NCBI GenBank assembly: GCA_030706685.1 | Contig: JAUZOA010000018.1 | Span: 1,329 to 65,328 of the forward strand | DNA from: Bacteroidota bacterium | GTDB lineage: Bacteria; Bacteroidota; Bacteroidia; Chitinophagales; Chitinophagaceae | DNA: 64,000 bases | Direction: 5' to 3' | Shown: positions 61,977 to 64,000 of the stretch, in pieces | Numbering within the stretch: the first letter of the stretch is position 1 | How the letters are laid out: each line of letters begins with the position of its first letter | The notes under the pieces: model-generated | The model's input: only the letters and a program-made list of their open reading frames with translations | What the model was told of the DNA's origin: nothing | Databases searched by the model: none | Position numbers and translations under genes: made by a program

Positions 61977-62957
61977 TTATAGACGACTAACCCGGTTGCC
62001 TGAATGGTTCCAAATGGCAAGTTGTCCTTTTATCAGCGCCTCGTCAGCATTCTCTATTTTAAAAGAGTTTTCACTTTCCGGTATTCCTGCTATTTTTAAC
62101 GCGGTGACATAAAACGGCTTCATGCTTTCGTTAATGACAAGGGTAATCTTAATATGCCATGGCCTCGTTACTTCATTGAGTTCTGTTCCGATCAGCAACC
62201 CGCTCAGGTAGTAATAATTTTCTTCCCTGGTAAGCTTATGGAAAAGATCATTGGTTCTTACAAGGAAACTGGTATGCAGGATATTGGATTGAACACTATC
62301 GGCTACTCCTTTTTCAAAACTCTTCTTGTTCCTGTGATCGTTAAGCCCTTCCCCTTCCCGGACTGAACCTGATAAAATACTCCTTTTGGAAAGGATGTCA
62401 AAAAATTCCCCTGTCATATAGGTTTTAAAATCAATTGCCCGCCCGTTTTTTACCAGGATATGTTTTGAATGTGTTCCGGGGAAAATATAAAGCCTTTCTT
62501 CTTTCTTATCCCGGATAGCCCCTGCTAATTGAGTTTCCTCCCCTCTCATTACATCATCGGCGGTTTGAACGCCGGAAATAATGAATATATCATAACCAGG
62601 ACCGGTATCTCCCATTCTCTTCACGGCCAGGTCGGAGCCGTCGGCCAGGAAAGGCGCTTCTTTATAAGGAATATCCATCATCCCGATAGATGAAGAAGCC
62701 ATTCCTGAGATGATCAATGGCTTGCCTTTTACCGAAAACTTTAATTGCTGTTCAAGTATCCTGGCATGATCCTCAATAATATCCAGGTAAAAAGAAAATC
62801 TTTCTTCTTCCTTTCTCCCGCTTTGTTTCCATAACTCAAAAATTTTTGCAATGCCCTTGTCCGCGCTGCCTGCTGAGATACAGGTAAGGGAAGGAAGTTC
62901 CACATAGCTCAGGCGGAAAGAAGAAGTACCCCAATCACAACTTAAAAAGGCTTTCAT
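61977..62957 (-). CDS. dgoK: 2-dehydro-3-deoxygalactonokinase
   Basis: 326 aa. CDWGTSSFRL, VMRGEETQLAGA, PGTHSKHILV, YMTGEFFDIL and LSGLLIGTEL match the DgoK motif order I recall from E. coli DgoK. Confidence 0.85.
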   Translation of the reverse strand: MKAFLSCDWGTSSFRLSYVELPSLTCISAGSADKGIAKIFELWKQSGRKEEERFSFYLDIIEDHARILEQQLKFSVKGKPLIISGMASSSIGMMDIPYKEAPFLADGSDLAVKRMGDTGPGYDIFIISGVQTADDVMRGEETQLAGAIRDKKEERLYIFPGTHSKHILVKNGRAIDFKTYMTGEFFDILSKRSILSGSVREGEGLNDHRNKKSFEKGVADSVQSNILHTSFLVRTNDLFHKLTREENYYYLSGLLIGTELNEVTRPWHIKITLVINESMKPFYVTALKIAGIPESENSFKIENADEALIKGQLAIWNHSGNRVSRL

Positions 62958-63019
62958 GTTGACTCCTGCTACTTTTGAAAATATCCTTTAATTCTTTTTA
63001 CTATCCTGGTTGAACCACT

Positions 63020-64000
63020 TTATATTTTCACCTGCTCAATTTTACCTACCAGGAAAATATAAGAACAGGCGCCTAAAAGGGCCATGCATCCTATAAAAAT
63101 AAGAGCCGGTGAAAAATTATCCCCCTTTACTAAATAACCAATCGCGACAGGTATCACGATGGATGAAAGGTTACCAATAAAATTAAATACTCCGCCTGTT
63201 AAGCCAATCAAATGCCCGGGAGCGAGTGAAGAAACAAATACCCATGTAATGGAAGCGATACCATTCCCGAAAAATGCCAATGACATAAAGAAAATGACCC
63301 AGGCAGGATCATTCGTATAATTAGCCCCGATAATTGATATGGACAGGAAGAGACCCATGATAACGGGTGTCTTGCGGGCTATTCCTGCTGAAATTCCTTT
63401 TTTCAGCAAGTAATCTGAAAGAAAGCCTGAAAACAAAATACCCGTGAAAGCAGCCAGGAAAGGGATGGAGGCCAAAAAACCTGATTGAATAAATTCCAGG
63501 TGCCTGTATTTAACCAGGTAAGTAGGAAACCAGGTGAGAAAGAACCAAAGGGTAGAAGTAACAGCAAACTGCCCGATATAAATCCCCCACAATTTCCGGT
63601 GCGATGATACATTTCTTAAATCGCTCCATGTAAAAGGAATATTTCCCGTGATCCTGCCTGTTCCTTTATCAATTATTCCGCCCCCCTTTTTAATATGGTC
63701 TAATTCTGCATTGTTTACGCGCGGGTGTTCAAAAGGATCGCGATAAAGAAAATACCAGGCAATTCCCCATACAATACCCACCAATCCTGTAATAACAAAA
63801 AGCCCGCGCCAGCCCATATAATATTGTAGTGTGACAAGCGCGGGCGTTAAGAAGGCTAGCCCTACATACTGCCCGGCTGTATAAACCGAGATAGCTGAAG
63901 CCCTTTCCTGGATGGGAAACCAACTGGTGACAATCCGGTTATTCGTTGGATAGGCCGGCGCTTCAAAGGCCCCGGTAGCGAGGCGCAATCCAAAAAGGAC
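63020..64000 (-). CDS. MFS transporter, anion:cation symporter family (DgoT/ExuT-like), C-terminal part (N-terminus beyond window end)
   Basis: The frame is open from 64000 down to the stop at 63020 (327 codons). It has multiple TMs and the segment AYPTNNRIVTSWFPIQERASAISVY, typical of ACS-family sugar-acid transporters. It is adjacent to dgoK. Confidence 0.8.
   Translation of the reverse strand, partial: VLFGLRLATGAFEAPAYPTNNRIVTSWFPIQERASAISVYTAGQYVGLAFLTPALVTLQYYMGWRGLFVITGLVGIVWGIAWYFLYRDPFEHPRVNNAELDHIKKGGGIIDKGTGRITGNIPFTWSDLRNVSSHRKLWGIYIGQFAVTSTLWFFLTWFPTYLVKYRHLEFIQSGFLASIPFLAAFTGILFSGFLSDYLLKKGISAGIARKTPVIMGLFLSISIIGANYTNDPAWVIFFMSLAFFGNGIASITWVFVSSLAPGHLIGLTGGVFNFIGNLSSIVIPVAIGYLVKGDNFSPALIFIGCMALLGACSYIFLVGKIEQVKI

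Noticed and set aside
1-64000. Autonomous mobile element, prophage, or defence island (restriction, CRISPR, toxin-antitoxin, retron)
   Set aside because: I recognise no transposase, integrase, recombinase, reverse transcriptase, nuclease/helicase defence signature or phage structural gene in any frame. The repeats found therefore cannot be tied to an autonomous element within this window.

Overview
The window reads as a chromosomal segment of a Bacteroidota genome. This is an inference from the SusC/SusD pair, the double-FtsX permease array, the TonB-linked barrels and the HisKA_3 propeller kinases; it looks Chitinophagaceae/Sphingobacteriia-like, which cannot be proven here. It is densely coding. 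I saw no rRNA, tRNA, CRISPR array, transposase or integrase.

Gene blocks:
1. 1-16.1 kb, minus strand: one HlyD-type adaptor, a 68-aa Cys-rich secreted peptide, one ABC ATPase and at least six tandem ~800-aa double-FtsX MacB-like permease paralogs (the last runs off the window). A sigma-54-type response regulator and a kinase sit divergently at 16.4-19.2 kb.
2. 19.9-26.9 kb: two large HisKA_3 sensor kinases and a LuxR-type response regulator.
3. 27.0-30.4 kb: a Tat-signal DsrE-like protein, a TsdA-like dihaem cytochrome c, a second DsrE-like protein, then a DUF2891-like protein.
4. 30.8-37.9 kb, the most unusual locus: a SusC-like beta-barrel with no recognisable CarboxypepD_reg/plug module. 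Four nt downstream lies a 1508-aa thioester (GCFEQ) alpha-2-macroglobulin-like protein that has exactly such a module inserted in its middle.
5. 38.0-48.7 kb, minus strand: a PUL with a ROK regulator, SusC, SusD, a multidomain alpha/beta hydrolase and a GH29 fucosidase.
6. 49.2-50.8 kb: LigD phosphoesterase and polymerase ORFs separated by a decayed remnant of the ligase motif I region.
7. 51-64 kb: a DinB pair, a tesA/ybbA/ybbP-like block, a TonB-dependent receptor, a truncated response-regulator pseudogene, two orphan ORFs, dgoK and a partial MFS transporter.

Intergenic DNA is unusually rich in short-word palindromic repeats. These include near-identical elements between the permease paralogs, a three-copy ~140-170-bp repeat at 52.9/57.3/60.4 kb, inverted ~85-bp repeats bracketing a kinase gene, and an 8-unit 11-bp tandem array.
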